A stretch of 64,000 nt of DNA from Acidimicrobiia bacterium (GTDB lineage: Bacteria; Actinomycetota; Acidimicrobiia; IMCC26256; JAENVU01): positions 75,424 to 139,423 of the forward strand of contig JBBSAM010000008.1 in assembly GCA_038252255.1 (NCBI GenBank). Direction: 5' to 3'. Shown piece after piece: positions 63,408-64,000 of the stretch. Position 1 is the stretch's first letter; every line of letters starts with the position of its first letter. Under the pieces are notes generated by a model. It worked only from the letters and a program-made list of their open reading frames with translations, had not been told where the DNA came from and did not search any database. The translations under genes and the position numbers were made by a program.

Positions 63408-64000
63408 GGGCGGAAGGCGTCGAGCTCGAGGGAGACGTCGAACACGTGCCGGACCGGTCCGCCGAGCCGGAGCGTCGTACCGAGGTCGACCGTGAGCGCG
63501 CCCCCGGGCACGTGCACGACGACCCGGTCACCGACGAGGCCACGGTGGTGCGCGACGGCCGCGGACGCGCACGCGCCGGTGCCGCAGGACAGCGTCTCGC
63601 CGACGCCGCGCTCCCAGACCCGCATGTCGAGCGCGTCCTTCTCCCCCGGTGTGAGCGCGATGAACTCCACGTTCGTCCGGTTCGGGAACCGCTCGTCGTG
63701 CTCGAGACGCGGGCCGTGCTGGGTCACCCGCGCCGTCGCCGGGTCCTCGACGAACAGGACCAGGTGCGGGTTGCCCACTCCCGCCGCATCGCCGCGGTAC
63801 GTGGTGCCGTGAAACGTTGCTTCGAGGTCGAACGGGCTCGGCGCGTGCAGTGGGATCTCGAGCGGGTCGAAGGTGACCGGACCCATGTCCACGGTCGCGT
63901 GCACCACCTGGTTCGTGGCCGGGTCGAGGGCGAGGTCGATCTCACGCCGGCCGCCGTCGGTGTCCACGACGAGCCGCTTGCCTTCGCCGATCCCCGCCCG
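63404..64000 (-). CDS. dapF: Diaminopimelate epimerase, C-terminal part (5' end beyond window)
   Basis: The frame stays open to the window end (..RAGIGEGKRLVVDTDGG..). Second catalytic-Cys block RVWERGVGETLSCGTGACA. Stop overlaps the hflX GTG (GTGA). Confidence 0.85.
   Translation of the reverse strand, partial: RAGIGEGKRLVVDTDGGRREIDLALDPATNQVVHATVDMGPVTFDPLEIPLHAPSPFDLEATFHGTTYRGDAAGVGNPHLVLFVEDPATARVTQHGPRLEHDERFPNRTNVEFIALTPGEKDALDMRVWERGVGETLSCGTGACASAAVAHHRGLVGDRVVVHVPGGALTVDLGTTLRLGGPVRHVFDVSLELDAFRP

Overview
High-GC (about 70%) chromosomal segment, most consistent with an Actinomycetota genome. Supporting synteny: dapF-hflX-dapC-dapD / dapE / lexA / LysM gene / nrdR-nrdJ, with CGAAC-N4-GTTCG SOS boxes. 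Gene density is high; about 60 CDS can be supported and there are no rRNA, tRNA or CRISPR loci. Most long antisense ORFs in the six-frame track are high-GC artefacts.

Core functions:
- fumC (partial), DUF885, M3 oligoendopeptidase, HelD, HU, DinG-like helicase, gluconokinase
- the succinylase DAP pathway, HflX, LexA, NrdR with class II RNR
- a MenJ-like reductase and MenG

Accessory-looking blocks:
- 20.7-30 kb envelope-glycosylation cluster: polyprenol-phosphate-mannose synthase, GtrA, two GT-C-type membrane glycosyltransferases, secreted lipoproteins and an OmpR-family two-component system.
- 30-38.7 kb minus-strand string: MacB-type ABC, VOC, Kelch lipoprotein, YVTN propeller lipoprotein, penicillin-acylase-family protein.
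- 38.7-48.1 kb ion-handling block: P-type ATPase, beta-helix protein, RCK K+ channel, ClC channel, with ArsR and MarR regulators.

Most interesting observations:
1. A structured hairpin element is present in three copies: a tandem pair at 574-709 and one copy at 8714-8765. The third copy differs by two compensatory stem changes and sits just upstream of an intact 152-aa ORF. That ORF looks like the pre-RuvC N-terminal third of a TnpB and overlaps a histidine phosphatase gene by 4 nt.
2. An 11-bp-phased CTGAAC direct-repeat motif recurs in four intergenic regions around the two-component system. This predicts a local regulon for the glycosylation and lipoprotein genes.

No complete, clearly novel multi-gene system (for example a defence system) can be demonstrated from the sequence alone.
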